Source: Acidobacteriota bacterium
GTDB lineage: Bacteria; Acidobacteriota; Polarisedimenticolia; J045
NCBI GenBank assembly: GCA_025456425.1
Contig: JALOKP010000009.1
Location: 13,388 to 77,387 of the forward strand
Direction of reading: 5' to 3'
DNA length: 64,000 nucleotides
Shown: piece after piece, positions 37,748-47,524 of the stretch
How positions within the stretch are numbered: position 1 is the stretch's first letter
Layout: each line of letters starts with the position of its first letter
The notes under the pieces: model-generated
What the model was told of the DNA's origin: nothing
Databases searched by the model: none
Seen by the model: only the letters and a program-made list of their open reading frames with translations
Program-made: the position numbers and the translations under genes

Positions 37748-38179
37748 GCGCCTCCTTCGGACGGGAGAGTCTAGCCGCGTTGGGGGGTCGAATAAACCGC
37801 GAAACCGGCTGAATTAGCCGGAATGGGAGGCGGTTTGACGGAGGGGGAGCCGGGGGAAGGACGGCAGGACGGGCCCGGGGTTCGGAAATCCCGCAGGGTA
37901 ACGGGAGCGCGCACAACTCCGGCCCCGGGCCCGTCCCCCCGAAAGTGTCCGGCAGCGCCCCGGGCTCGGCGAAGCCGTCGGGGGGGACGGGAAAGCGGTC
38001 TTCGCGCGCTCCCAGGGCACTACCGGAGTACGGGAGGATGGTGCCCTGCGCGGGACCGGGGCGCCGTGGCCCGGGGCGCCAAGTTCCTGATCCGGTGCGC
38101 CAGAGTTCGGCCCGCCGCGGGGTGGAGCGGAAGGGCCCGGAGCCGGGCGGAGGCCCCCGCGGGTGGCGGCGGCGCCCGC

Positions 38180-39190
38180 TCAGTGCCGCGACACGCGAAA
38201 CCTCCGCGGCGACTCGCCGTGCCAGCGGCGGAAGGCGCGGTGGAAGGCGCTCGGGTCGGAGTACCCGAGCAGGTAGGCGACCTCGTAGACAGCGACGTCG
38301 CGCTGGTCGAGCAGGCGCCGCGCCAGCCCCCGCCGGAACGAGTCGAGGACCTCCTTGAAGCTCGTCCCCTCCTCGGCCAGCCGGCGCTGGAGACTGCGGC
38401 CGCTGAGGCCGAGCCGCGCCGCCACGGTGCCGATCGCGGCGTTGCCGCCCGGCATCTCCTGCCAGAGCACGCGGCGCACGCCGTCGGCGGTGCTGTCGTC
38501 CCGCGACAGTTCCTGGCGGGCCTGCTCCGCCAGGCGGTCGAGGTAGCCCAGTAGCGTCGGGTCGGCGGTGGCGATCGGCAGGTCGAGGTCGGAGCCGCGC
38601 AGCACGAGCCGGGGCGCCTTCGCTTCGAAGCGCAGCGGGCAGCGGAAGAGGCGTCGGTGGGTCGCGGTGTCGGCCGGAGCGGGGTACGGGAAGTGCGCCT
38701 CGAGCGGGGACAGCTCGCGCTGCATCACGATCCGGATCCCCGACAGGAGCGCGTAGAGCCGGAAGTCGACCGGCGGCCGGACCGGCTCGTACAGGAACGC
38801 GCGCTGCAGCTCGACCTCGGCGCGGTCCTCGCGGCGGCGCACGGCCACGACGAGGTCCTCCGCCACGATCTGGCTGTAGCGCGCCAGGCGCCGCAGCGCC
38901 TCGCCCAGCGTCCCCGACAGCCGCACCGTGTACGAGACCAGCCCCAGGTCGCGCATCACGCGGTTCTCGGCCACGAGCATCCCGACCGCGGGGTCGGGCA
39001 CGCGTTCGGCGATCACGGCCCACAGGCGGCGCAGCTTGGCGATCGCGACCCGGGCATCCGGGTCGTTCAGCTCGGTCTCGCGGAAGCCGGCCTGCCGCAG
39101 CAGGTCGTCGGGGTCGAGCCCGAAGCGCGCCGCCCCCCGCGCGATGAACAGCGGCAGCCGGGCGATCGCGGTCTGGTCGTGGTCGGCCAC
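38180..39190 (-). CDS. AraC family transcriptional regulator (OruR/ArgR-type N-terminal domain)
   Basis: C-terminal LSGRSLQRRL...VAYLLGYSDPSAFHRAFRRW. Confidence 0.92.
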   Translation of the reverse strand: MADHDQTAIARLPLFIARGAARFGLDPDDLLRQAGFRETELNDPDARVAIAKLRRLWAVIAERVPDPAVGMLVAENRVMRDLGLVSYTVRLSGTLGEALRRLARYSQIVAEDLVVAVRRREDRAEVELQRAFLYEPVRPPVDFRLYALLSGIRIVMQRELSPLEAHFPYPAPADTATHRRLFRCPLRFEAKAPRLVLRGSDLDLPIATADPTLLGYLDRLAEQARQELSRDDSTADGVRRVLWQEMPGGNAAIGTVAARLGLSGRSLQRRLAEEGTSFKEVLDSFRRGLARRLLDQRDVAVYEVAYLLGYSDPSAFHRAFRRWHGESPRRFRVSRH

Positions 39191-39200
39191 GCGGCGCTCC

Positions 39201-39680
39201 TCAGAAGAACCAGGCCCAGGCCAGCACCCCGACGAGCACCGCCGCCAGCGCGAGCTTGCCGGCCGTCCCGAGCAGGAAGCCGATCGCGACCCCGGCCCCC
39301 GCGCGGGCTGCGCGCTTGAACTCCGGGTCGCGCGCGTACTCCAGCGCGAAGGCCCCGACCGGCGGCCCGAGCAGGATCCCGGGCAGGCCGAAGAAGAGCC
39401 CGGCCACCAGCCCCAGGCCGGCCCCGGCGAGTCCCCACGCGGAAGCACCCATCTTCCGCGCGCCCAGCAGCGAGGCGACCCAGTCGACGACGGTCATCAG
39501 CAGCGCGAGGACCAGCGTGACGACGATCGTCGGCCAGCCGATCCGTTGGAACCCCTCGGCCCACGCGATCAGGACGACCCCGAGCACCAGGAACAGCGCA
39601 CCCGGCAGGGCGGGCACGACGAGCCCGGCGATGCCGAGCCCGACGAGCAGGAGGCCCGCGAGGTAGAGCGCGAGGGTCAC
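39201..39680 (-). CDS. DUF456 family membrane protein
   Basis: GLVVPALPG, GASAWGLAGA, GILLGPPVGAFALE. Confidence 0.88.
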   Translation of the reverse strand: MTLALYLAGLLLVGLGIAGLVVPALPGALFLVLGVVLIAWAEGFQRIGWPTIVVTLVLALLMTVVDWVASLLGARKMGASAWGLAGAGLGLVAGLFFGLPGILLGPPVGAFALEYARDPEFKRAARAGAGVAIGFLLGTAGKLALAAVLVGVLAWAWFF

Positions 39681-39919
39681 GGTGCGGCGGCGCCGGGGCG
39701 GGCCGTCAGAGCCGCCGCCCGGAGACCGCGGCCTGCACCCGCCCCGCCAGGCCCTTCAGCGTGAAGGCGAAGACGATGTTCACGATCCCGATCACGAGCG
39801 CGACTGCCGGGCGAGTACCGACATCGGGCGTGTCCTCCGCGAGAAAGGAACTCTCCCGGCTCGGGCCGGGATCGGCAGAGTAGCACATGGCTCGGAGGAC
39901 GCGGCGCGCGCCTCCAGTT

Positions 39920-40393
39920 TCAGTGCGGGGGGCCGCTCACGGTCGCCCGCTTCGGATGGACGAGCCGCTCGAAGTCGTCGAGGGCCATCTCGACGACCTC
40001 GGTGTGGTCGCCGCCGTTGAAGGCGATCCGGTCGTTGTGGAAGACCCGGTCGTCGACCACGACCGGAACGCCGTAGAGGTTGCCGAAGGGCGGCATCGCC
40101 CCCAGGTCGCAGTCCCGGAACAGGCCGGCGAACTCCCGCTCGTGCTCCAGCACGGCGTCCTGGGCGTGCAGCGCCGTCTTGAGCCGGCTGACGTCGATGC
40201 GGTCGTTGGCCGTCGTGACGACCATCGTGTGCTCGCCGTCGACCCGGACCATGACCGGCTTGAGCATCTTCGCGCCCTGCACGTGCGCGCGCTCGGCGAC
40301 GCGCTGCGCGGTGTAGGCCGGCGTGTGCACGGTGACGGTGTAGTGGACGTGGTGGTCGTCGAGGAACGACTTCAGGCGTTGGCACAGTGGCAT
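39920..40393 (-). CDS. YbaK/EbsC (aminoacyl-tRNA deacylase) family protein
   Basis: HTPAYTAQ, MLKPV, GAMPPFG, FNGGDH. Confidence 0.9.
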   Translation of the reverse strand: MPLCQRLKSFLDDHHVHYTVTVHTPAYTAQRVAERAHVQGAKMLKPVMVRVDGEHTMVVTTANDRIDVSRLKTALHAQDAVLEHEREFAGLFRDCDLGAMPPFGNLYGVPVVVDDRVFHNDRIAFNGGDHTEVVEMALDDFERLVHPKRATVSGPPH

Positions 40394-40536
40394 CGGGCCC
40401 TCCTCGCTCGCGCGCCGGGGCGGCGCGGGACGAGGCGCGCGCCCCGATTCGAGATCGATTATGCGCTCCAGTACCCTGCGCGGACGGGGGCTTACCGAGA
40501 GCGGCTCCGGGTGCGGCGAAGCGGGCGGGCGGCCCG

Positions 40537-41778
40537 CTACGCCAGCTCGAGCAGGGCGTCCCCCAGGCGCTCGACCTCGTCCATGGTGTTGTAGTGCAGG
40601 AATCCCGCCCGCAGCACGCCCTGCGGCTCGAGCCCCAGCGCCTCGGTCAGCGCGAGCGCGTAGAAGTTGCCGCTCCAGGTGAAGATCCCGCGCCCCGCCA
40701 GGAAGCGCGCCAGCTCGGACGGCGTCCGGCGCGCGTGGGTGAAGGCGAAGGTCGGGGTCCGCTCGGCGACGCGCGCCGGGTCGGCGATCCCGTGGAGCGC
40801 CAGCCCGGGCACCGCCGCGAGCCGGTCCAGCGCGCGGCGCGACAGCTCCTGCTCGTGGGCCTCGATCCCCCGGAAGGCGGCCTCGATCGCCTCCCGGCGG
40901 CCGGCCGCCGCCGGCTCGAGCGCGCGCCCGAGGTCGGCCAGGTACTCGATCGCGGCCAGCGTCCCGGCGATCCCCTCGTGGTCCAGCGTCCCCGTTTCCC
41001 AGCGAACCGGCAGCGCCTCCGAGGCGGGCCGGACCTTGTAGGCGGGCAGGGTCTCGAGCAGCTCGCGCCGGCCCCAGAGCAGGCCGACGTGCGGCCCGAA
41101 GAACTTGTAGGCCGAGCAGGCCAGGAAGTCGCAGCCCAGGGCCGCGACGTCGACCCGCGCGTGAGGGGCCAGGTGGACCGCGTCAAGAAGGACCAGCGCG
41201 TCGACGGCGTGGGCCAGCTCGGCGACGCGGGCCACGGGCTGGATCGTGCCGATCGCGTTCGAGGCGCAGCCGGCCGCGACCAGCCGGGTGCGGCGCGACA
41301 GCTTGCGGGCCAGGTCGTCGAGGTCGAGCGTGCCGTCGCGCCGGATCTCGACGAAGGCCGCCGAGGCCCCGGCGTCGCGCGCCGCGAGCAGCCACGGGGC
41401 GACGTTGGCGTCGTGGTCGGCGCGCGTGACGAGGACCTCGTCCCCGGGACTCCAGGTCCGTCCGAGCGCGCGCGCCAGCGCCATCGTCAGCGTCGTCATG
41501 TTGGCGCCGAACGCGATCTCGCCCGGGTCGTCCGCTCCCAGCAGGTCAGCCGCGGCGGCGTGGGCCTCGTCGAGCATCGCGTCGGTCTCGACGCTGGTGA
41601 CGAAGACGCCGCCGGAGTTGGCGTTCCGGTCCCGCAGATAGCCCGCCACCGCGTCGATCACGCGCTGCGGGACCTGGCTGCCGCCCGGACCGTCGAGAAA
41701 CGCGGCGGGAAGCTCGCCGACCCGGCGCGCGAGCGACGGGAACTGCGCACGGACCCGCTCGACGGGAAACGGCGGCAT
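40537..41778 (-). CDS. Cysteine desulfurase-like protein (class V aminotransferase)
   Basis: VRAQFPSL, FLDGPGGSQVP, DHDANV, DAVH, CSAYKFFGPH (PLP Lys). Confidence 0.9.
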   Translation of the reverse strand: MPPFPVERVRAQFPSLARRVGELPAAFLDGPGGSQVPQRVIDAVAGYLRDRNANSGGVFVTSVETDAMLDEAHAAAADLLGADDPGEIAFGANMTTLTMALARALGRTWSPGDEVLVTRADHDANVAPWLLAARDAGASAAFVEIRRDGTLDLDDLARKLSRRTRLVAAGCASNAIGTIQPVARVAELAHAVDALVLLDAVHLAPHARVDVAALGCDFLACSAYKFFGPHVGLLWGRRELLETLPAYKVRPASEALPVRWETGTLDHEGIAGTLAAIEYLADLGRALEPAAAGRREAIEAAFRGIEAHEQELSRRALDRLAAVPGLALHGIADPARVAERTPTFAFTHARRTPSELARFLAGRGIFTWSGNFYALALTEALGLEPQGVLRAGFLHYNTMDEVERLGDALLELA

Positions 41779-41855
41779 CGCAGGACTCCTCTCTCGCGCG
41801 CAGTATAGGCGGGCCGCCCGATCTCCCCGATAATCGGCGGCCCGCGAGGACACCT

Positions 41856-43202
41856 GTGACCCGCCCACTCCGAAGCCGTCTCCCTCTGTCCCTGGCCCTG
41901 CCTTCCTTGCTCCTGCTGGCCGCACCGCCGGGGGTCCGCGCCGCGGACGCACCGCCCGTCGCCCTGGTCGGCGTGCGGATCCTGCCGGTCGCGGGGTCGC
42001 CGATCGACGACGGCGTGCTGGTCGTCGCGGGCGGCCGGGTCGCTGCGCTCGGCCCCCGGGGTACGGTCGCCATCCCGCCCGGCGCCGAGGTGCGCGAACT
42101 TCCGGGGCGCGTCGTGATCCCGGGCCTGGTCGACACCCACAGTCACATCGGCGGGGTCGGCGGGGCGGACGGAAGCGGGCCGCTCCAGCCCGAGGTCCGG
42201 ATCTACGACTCGCTCAACCCGCTCGACCCGGGCTTCCGGCGCGCCGTCGCCGGCGGGATCACGACCATGAACGTGATGCCGGGCTCGGGCCACCTGCTCT
42301 CCGGCCAGACGGTCTACCTGAAGCCGCGCGGCGGCGTGACGATCGACGCCTTCTTCATCGCGCACCCCGACGGCACCCCGGCGGGCGGGATGAAGATGGC
42401 CAACGGCACGAATTCGATGCGCGAGCCCCCCTTCCCCGGCACCCGCGGCAAGTCGGCGGCGCTGGTCCGCGAGCTGTTCGTCCGGGCGCAGGAGTACCGG
42501 GAGAAGACCGGTCAGCGGGACCCCGCGAAGCGGCCGGCGCGCGATCTCGGCCTCGATGCGATGCTCGAGGTGCTCGACGGCACGCGGATCGTGCAGTACC
42601 ACTCGCACCGCGCCGACGACATGGTGACGGTGCTGCGGCTGGCGCGGGAGTTCGGCTTCAGGCCCGTCCTGCACCACGCCAGCGAGGCCTGGAAGATCGC
42701 CCCGGAGATCGCGGCGGCGGGGATCCCCGTCTCGGCGATCCTGGTCGACAGCCCGGGCGGCAAGCTCGAGACGCGCGACCTGTCCTTCGCCACGCCGGGC
42801 GTGCTGGAGCGAGCCGGCGTGACGGTCGCGCTCCACACCGACGACTGGATCACCGACTGCCGCTTCTTCCTGCGGATGGGGGCGATTGCCGTGCGCGGCG
42901 GGATGACGCGCGAGGGGGCGCTGCGCGCGCTGACGCTGTCCGGGGCCGAGATCCTGGGGCTCTCGGACCGCGTCGGCTCGCTCGCGCCCGGGAAGGACGC
43001 CGACTTCGTCGTGCTCGACGGCGACCCGTTCGGCGTCCGGACGCAGGTGCTGGAGACCTGGATCGAGGGGCGGAAGGTCTTCGACCGGAGCCTGCCGGCC
43101 GACCGGCTCCACGCCACCGGCGGCTTCGGCGCCGGGAGCGAGCGCAAGCCCTACCTGTGCTGTGCCGACGAAGCGGCGCTGGCCGCCGGGGAGGCCCAGT
43201 GA
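41856..43202 (+). CDS. Secreted amidohydrolase family protein
   Basis: PGLVDTHSHIG, HSHRADD, HHASE, LHTDD, GSLAPGKDADFVV. Confidence 0.9.
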   Translation: MTRPLRSRLPLSLALPSLLLLAAPPGVRAADAPPVALVGVRILPVAGSPIDDGVLVVAGGRVAALGPRGTVAIPPGAEVRELPGRVVIPGLVDTHSHIGGVGGADGSGPLQPEVRIYDSLNPLDPGFRRAVAGGITTMNVMPGSGHLLSGQTVYLKPRGGVTIDAFFIAHPDGTPAGGMKMANGTNSMREPPFPGTRGKSAALVRELFVRAQEYREKTGQRDPAKRPARDLGLDAMLEVLDGTRIVQYHSHRADDMVTVLRLAREFGFRPVLHHASEAWKIAPEIAAAGIPVSAILVDSPGGKLETRDLSFATPGVLERAGVTVALHTDDWITDCRFFLRMGAIAVRGGMTREGALRALTLSGAEILGLSDRVGSLAPGKDADFVVLDGDPFGVRTQVLETWIEGRKVFDRSLPADRLHATGGFGAGSERKPYLCCADEAALAAGEAQ

Positions 43203-44425
43203 GCGCGCGCCGGTTCGCCGCCTCGCTGGCTGCCGCCGCCGCGGTCGCGGGCGCGTCGACCGTCCCGGCCGCGGCCCAGGTCGCGGTGCGCGGCCGGCTG
43301 ATCCACACGATGGCCGGCACGCCGATCGCGGACGGGGTCGTGGTGGTGACGGACGGCCGGATCGCCGCGGTCGGCCCGGCGGCGACGACGCCGGTCCCGG
43401 AAGGCTACCGCGTGATCGAGGCGGCGGTCGTGACGCCCGGGCTGATCGATGCGCGCTCGGTCGTCGGACTGTCGGGGCTGCTCAACCAGAAGCAGGACCA
43501 GGACCAGCTCGAGCGCTCCGCCCCGCTGCAACCCGAGCTGCGCGCGCTCGACGCCTACAACCCGCTCGACCCGCTCGTGGCCTGGGTCCGCGGCTTCGGG
43601 GTCACGACGCTGCACACCGGCCACGCGCCGGGCGAGACCGTCTCCGGCCAGACGATGATCGTCCGGACGGCGGGACGAACCGCCGACGCGGCGCTGGTGC
43701 GCGAGCCGGCCGCGGTCTCCGTCTCGCTCGGTCCGACCGCCACGAAGAACGAGGGAAAGTCGCCGGGCACGCGCGGCAAGCAGGCGGCGCTGCTGCGGGC
43801 CGAGCTGGTGCGGGCCCGGGAGTACCGCGACAAGCTGCGGGCCGCGGCACCCGGGGCACGGCCTGAACGCAACCTCCGGCTCGAGGCGCTGGCCCGCGCC
43901 CTGGACGGCGAGCTGCCGCTGCTGGTCTACGCGCACCGCGCGCAGGACATCGCCACCGCGCTGCGGATCGCGCGCGAGTTCGAGGTCCGGGTCTGGCTGG
44001 AAGGGGCGGCCGAGAGCTACCTGCTGCTGCCGGAGATCGCGGCGGCCGGCGTCCCCGTGATCGTCCATCCGACGATGGCGCGGGCCTGGGGCGAGCTGGA
44101 GAACGCCACCTTCGAGACCCCGGCCGCGCTGCGCCGCGCCGGGATCCCGGTCGCGTTCCAGAGCGGCTACGAGAGCTACGTCCCGAAGACCCGCGTCGTG
44201 CTGTTCGAGGCCTCGGCCGCGGTGGCCCACGGCCTGGCCCCGGACGACGCGCTGGCGATGCTGACGATCGACGCGGCGCGGATCCTGGGGATCGCCGATC
44301 GGACCGGCTCGCTCGAGCCCGGCAAGGACGCGGACCTCGCCCTCTACGACGGCGACCCGCTCGAGTACACCTCGCACTGCACCGGGGTGCTGGTCCAGGG
44401 CGAGCCGTTTCTCGAGGGGCGGTAG
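43199..44425 (+). CDS. Secreted amidohydrolase family protein (second subunit-like)
   Basis: TPGLIDA and GSLEPGKDADL; the canonical HxH is replaced (DARSV); GTGA overlap. Confidence 0.85.
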   Translation: MSARRFAASLAAAAAVAGASTVPAAAQVAVRGRLIHTMAGTPIADGVVVVTDGRIAAVGPAATTPVPEGYRVIEAAVVTPGLIDARSVVGLSGLLNQKQDQDQLERSAPLQPELRALDAYNPLDPLVAWVRGFGVTTLHTGHAPGETVSGQTMIVRTAGRTADAALVREPAAVSVSLGPTATKNEGKSPGTRGKQAALLRAELVRAREYRDKLRAAAPGARPERNLRLEALARALDGELPLLVYAHRAQDIATALRIAREFEVRVWLEGAAESYLLLPEIAAAGVPVIVHPTMARAWGELENATFETPAALRRAGIPVAFQSGYESYVPKTRVVLFEASAAVAHGLAPDDALAMLTIDAARILGIADRTGSLEPGKDADLALYDGDPLEYTSHCTGVLVQGEPFLEGR

Positions 44426-44433
44426 GGGCCGGG

Positions 44434-46044
44434 ATGCGCGCGCTCGCGCTGGGGATCGCGCTCGCGGCGGCGGGGAGCGGCGCGGGGGCGGCAGCCGGCG
44501 AAAGCGACGCGCCTCCCCCGGTCGCCGCGCAGGCCGCGGCCGACAGCGTGCAGCTCCCCGCCAACCCGGTCGACGTGGCGGCCGGCGACGTCGACGGCGA
44601 CGGGACCTCGGAGATCGTGCTGCTCCTGCTCTACCCGGCGTGGGGCTCGGCTGCGGAGGTCCGCGACACGAAGGAAGGCCAGGAGGTCGACGTCGTCGCC
44701 GCGCTGCAGGACCGGCGCGAGCTGCGGGCCTACGCGGTCGAAGGGGGCACGCGGCTGCGGCTCGCCGCACCACCCCTGCCGCTCGACGGGAGCGTCTACG
44801 CGCTCGACGCGCTGCCGCGCGGCGGGCCGGTGGTCGCGATGACCGCCGCGGGGCCGGCGCGGGTCGTGGTCGGGGCCGCGCGGCTGGAACTCGTCCCGGT
44901 GGCGGCAGAGCCGCCAGTCTTCGCCGGGGTCGAGCGCTTCTTCTCGTTCGCGCCGCTGGCCGCCGACCTGGACGGGGACGGGCTGCCGGAGTCGCTGGTC
45001 CCGACCGGCCGGGGGCTGGTCGCCGTGCGGGTCGCCGACGGCGCGCGCAGCGAGCTGTCGACCCCGCTCGCCGAGTTCACCTCCGGGGGCCAGGGGCGGA
45101 TGCGCGTGACCCTGCCCCGCGTGCTCGACGTCGACCGCGACGGGACCGTCGACCTCGTCGACGTCGATGACGACACGCGGCGCGCCGCGCTGCGCCGCGG
45201 CCTCGGCGGCGGCCGGTTCGCACCGGCCGCGGCCTGGGACCTCGGCGGGCTGCTCGCGGAGCGGCCGCAGAAGGCGGGAACGGTGCGCACCCCCCGGCTG
45301 CTCGACGTGCTCGACGTCGACGCCGACGGCACGCTCGAGGCGGCGATCGCGATCCGCGAGGACGACGCCGAGAGCGACCCGAGCCTGCGCGCGCTGAAGG
45401 GCGGCCCGCACGCCGTCGCCTTCCACGCGCTCGTCCCCGGCCGGGTGCCCGCGGTCCCGCCCGAGTCGACGCTGCGGGCGACCTTCACCGCGCCGCTGCT
45501 GCTGCCGCGCGAGGACTCGTTCTCCCCCTTCCTCGACGTCGACGGCGACGGCCGCAAAGAGTTGCTCGCGTTCGACATGGCGCTGGGCTACTTCGGCGTC
45601 GCGAAGGCGGTGACGACGGGGGCGGCGAAGGTCGGCGTGACGCCGCGCGGCTTCCGCCTGTCGGGAGGCGCGTGGACGGAGATCCCGAAGCTCGCCCCGG
45701 CCTTCGACGTGCGCCTCAACCTGCGGCAGGGCGAGTTGCGGGGCTTCGCGCTGCTCCCGGGCGACGTCACCGGCGATGATTTCGACGACATGGTCGTGCT
45801 CGATGGCGACGAGGTCCTGGTCCACGCCGGGCGCGCGGGCGGGACGATCGAGGCGCGCGCGCGCACGCGTGCGCGGCTGCCGCGGGCCGAGCCGGGCAGC
45901 TCGTTCCTGCCGGTCTTCGTCGACCTCGACGGCGACGGCGCGCTGGAACTGGTCGCGGTCGAGCAGCTCGAGGAGAGCGAGGGGGAGCCGGCCCGGCCGG
46001 CCCAGCTCTCGCTCCACCGCTTCTCCGGCAGGGCGGAACGGTGA
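44434..46044 (+). CDS. FG-GAP/VCBS repeat protein
   Basis: Repeated DVDGDG / DLDGDG / DVDRDG motifs; signal peptide. Confidence 0.8.
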   Translation: MRALALGIALAAAGSGAGAAAGESDAPPPVAAQAAADSVQLPANPVDVAAGDVDGDGTSEIVLLLLYPAWGSAAEVRDTKEGQEVDVVAALQDRRELRAYAVEGGTRLRLAAPPLPLDGSVYALDALPRGGPVVAMTAAGPARVVVGAARLELVPVAAEPPVFAGVERFFSFAPLAADLDGDGLPESLVPTGRGLVAVRVADGARSELSTPLAEFTSGGQGRMRVTLPRVLDVDRDGTVDLVDVDDDTRRAALRRGLGGGRFAPAAAWDLGGLLAERPQKAGTVRTPRLLDVLDVDADGTLEAAIAIREDDAESDPSLRALKGGPHAVAFHALVPGRVPAVPPESTLRATFTAPLLLPREDSFSPFLDVDGDGRKELLAFDMALGYFGVAKAVTTGAAKVGVTPRGFRLSGGAWTEIPKLAPAFDVRLNLRQGELRGFALLPGDVTGDDFDDMVVLDGDEVLVHAGRAGGTIEARARTRARLPRAEPGSSFLPVFVDLDGDGALELVAVEQLEESEGEPARPAQLSLHRFSGRAER

Positions 46045-47474
46045 GGGTCGTGCGCCTCGCGGCTGCCGCGGCGCTGCTGGCGGCGGGCCCGGTGCTCGCG
46101 GCCCGCGGGGCCGCGCCGGCGGTCCCAGCGCCGATCGTCGTGGAGCGGCCGCATCCGGTGCAGGCGTTGGCCGCTGCTCCCGCCGAGTCGCCCTGGAGCG
46201 GCTGCGCCTTCCTGCTCGAGGGGCCGGCGGGGCGCACGGCGGAGCGGACGCTGGGCGCGGCCTGCCGGGGACCGGGAGGAGTCCCGGAGGTGCGCGCGCT
46301 CGTCAGCGGCCTTCCCGGGGCCCGCAGCCTGGTCGCCGACCGGCTGGGTGACGGGCGCGTGCGGGTCCTCGTCGGGCTTCCCGGGGGGGTGCGCGTCGTC
46401 CTGCTCGACGGCCCGTCGGAACCGCCGGGCTCGGCACGGTCGCTGGAGGACGCGCGGCTGGACCCGGCGACGCTCGCCGACCGGCCCGACCTGGACGGCG
46501 ACGGCACGCGCGACCTGCTGCAGGCGACGTGGGAGGGGCTCGCCGCGTGGCGCTGGGCGGGAGACGGGTTCGAGCCGCTCGCCGCCGCTGCGCTGCCGCG
46601 CCGCGCCGCCGCGGCCGGCGGCGACGTGACGGTCTGGGGTCCCACCGTGATGGCCGGCGAGGACGCGCCCGTGCCGCGCTGGAGCTGGCCCGCGGGATGG
46701 ACCGGCGAGCGGCTGCGCGTCGAGCGGATCGCCCTCGGCCCGCTCGGCGCGGGTCCGGCCTGCTCGGCCTGGATCGCGCCCGGCTCGCGCGTCCAGGCGG
46801 CGGCGGCGGCGGTGCTCGGGGGCGAGCCGCCGCGCCTCGCGGTGCTGGTCGAGCCCGCCGACCGGATCGCGCTGCTCGGCGAGCGGCGCCTGCTCGTCGC
46901 GCCGCTGGCCTGCCGCGCGAGCGGGCGGGGCGAGCCGCCCGCACAGTCGCTCGACACGCCGCTGGCGAACTACTTCGCCGGCGCGACGCTGCGGGCGCGC
47001 GACGCGACCGGCGACGGGGTGGAAGACCTGGTCGCGATCGGGATCAGCGGGCGGATGAACCCCGACCTCGAGGTCCTGGTCTGGCAGGGTCAGCCCGCCG
47101 GCGGTGTGGCGCGCCGCCCGCTGCGCTGGTCGCGCAAGTCCGAGTCGATGGGCGGGACCTGGGCCTGGGATTGGGACGCCGACGGCGATGGGCGGAACGA
47201 CCTGGTCCGGCGCGACGAGCGGGAGGTCTGGGTCGCGCGCGGGCTCGCGCCGGCCCCGGGGCAGGTGCCGCTGGAGAAGACGCCGTCGTTCTCCGCGACC
47301 CTGCCGGAGGGGTTCGCGGCCGGCTTCGCCTGGGGCCACCTGCCGCCGCGCCCGGCGGTCCCGGGCGAGCCGGGCTGGCTGCTCTTCTCCGCGCAGCGCG
47401 CCGGCCAGGGCGGCGGCCCGACCACCCACGCGCTGATCGTCGTCCCGCTCCCCGCTCCCGCCCCGCGGGGATAG
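46041..47474 (+). CDS. FG-GAP/VCBS repeat protein
   Basis: DLDGDGTRDL, DATGDGVEDL, DADGDGRNDL; signal peptide; GTGA overlap. Confidence 0.75.
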   Translation: MRVVRLAAAAALLAAGPVLAARGAAPAVPAPIVVERPHPVQALAAAPAESPWSGCAFLLEGPAGRTAERTLGAACRGPGGVPEVRALVSGLPGARSLVADRLGDGRVRVLVGLPGGVRVVLLDGPSEPPGSARSLEDARLDPATLADRPDLDGDGTRDLLQATWEGLAAWRWAGDGFEPLAAAALPRRAAAAGGDVTVWGPTVMAGEDAPVPRWSWPAGWTGERLRVERIALGPLGAGPACSAWIAPGSRVQAAAAAVLGGEPPRLAVLVEPADRIALLGERRLLVAPLACRASGRGEPPAQSLDTPLANYFAGATLRARDATGDGVEDLVAIGISGRMNPDLEVLVWQGQPAGGVARRPLRWSRKSESMGGTWAWDWDADGDGRNDLVRRDEREVWVARGLAPAPGQVPLEKTPSFSATLPEGFAAGFAWGHLPPRPAVPGEPGWLLFSAQRAGQGGGPTTHALIVVPLPAPAPRG

Positions 47475-47524
47475 GATCGTCGGGCGGCGCCGCGCGGCCC
47501 GCGCGCGGGCCGAAGGAGCGGACG

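Noticed and set aside
38207-38224. TGGCAC on the minus strand as a sigma-54 promoter for the GAF-MFP operon
   Set aside because: The -12 GC is off by one base and the site lies within the AraC coding sequence, about 460 bp from the start.
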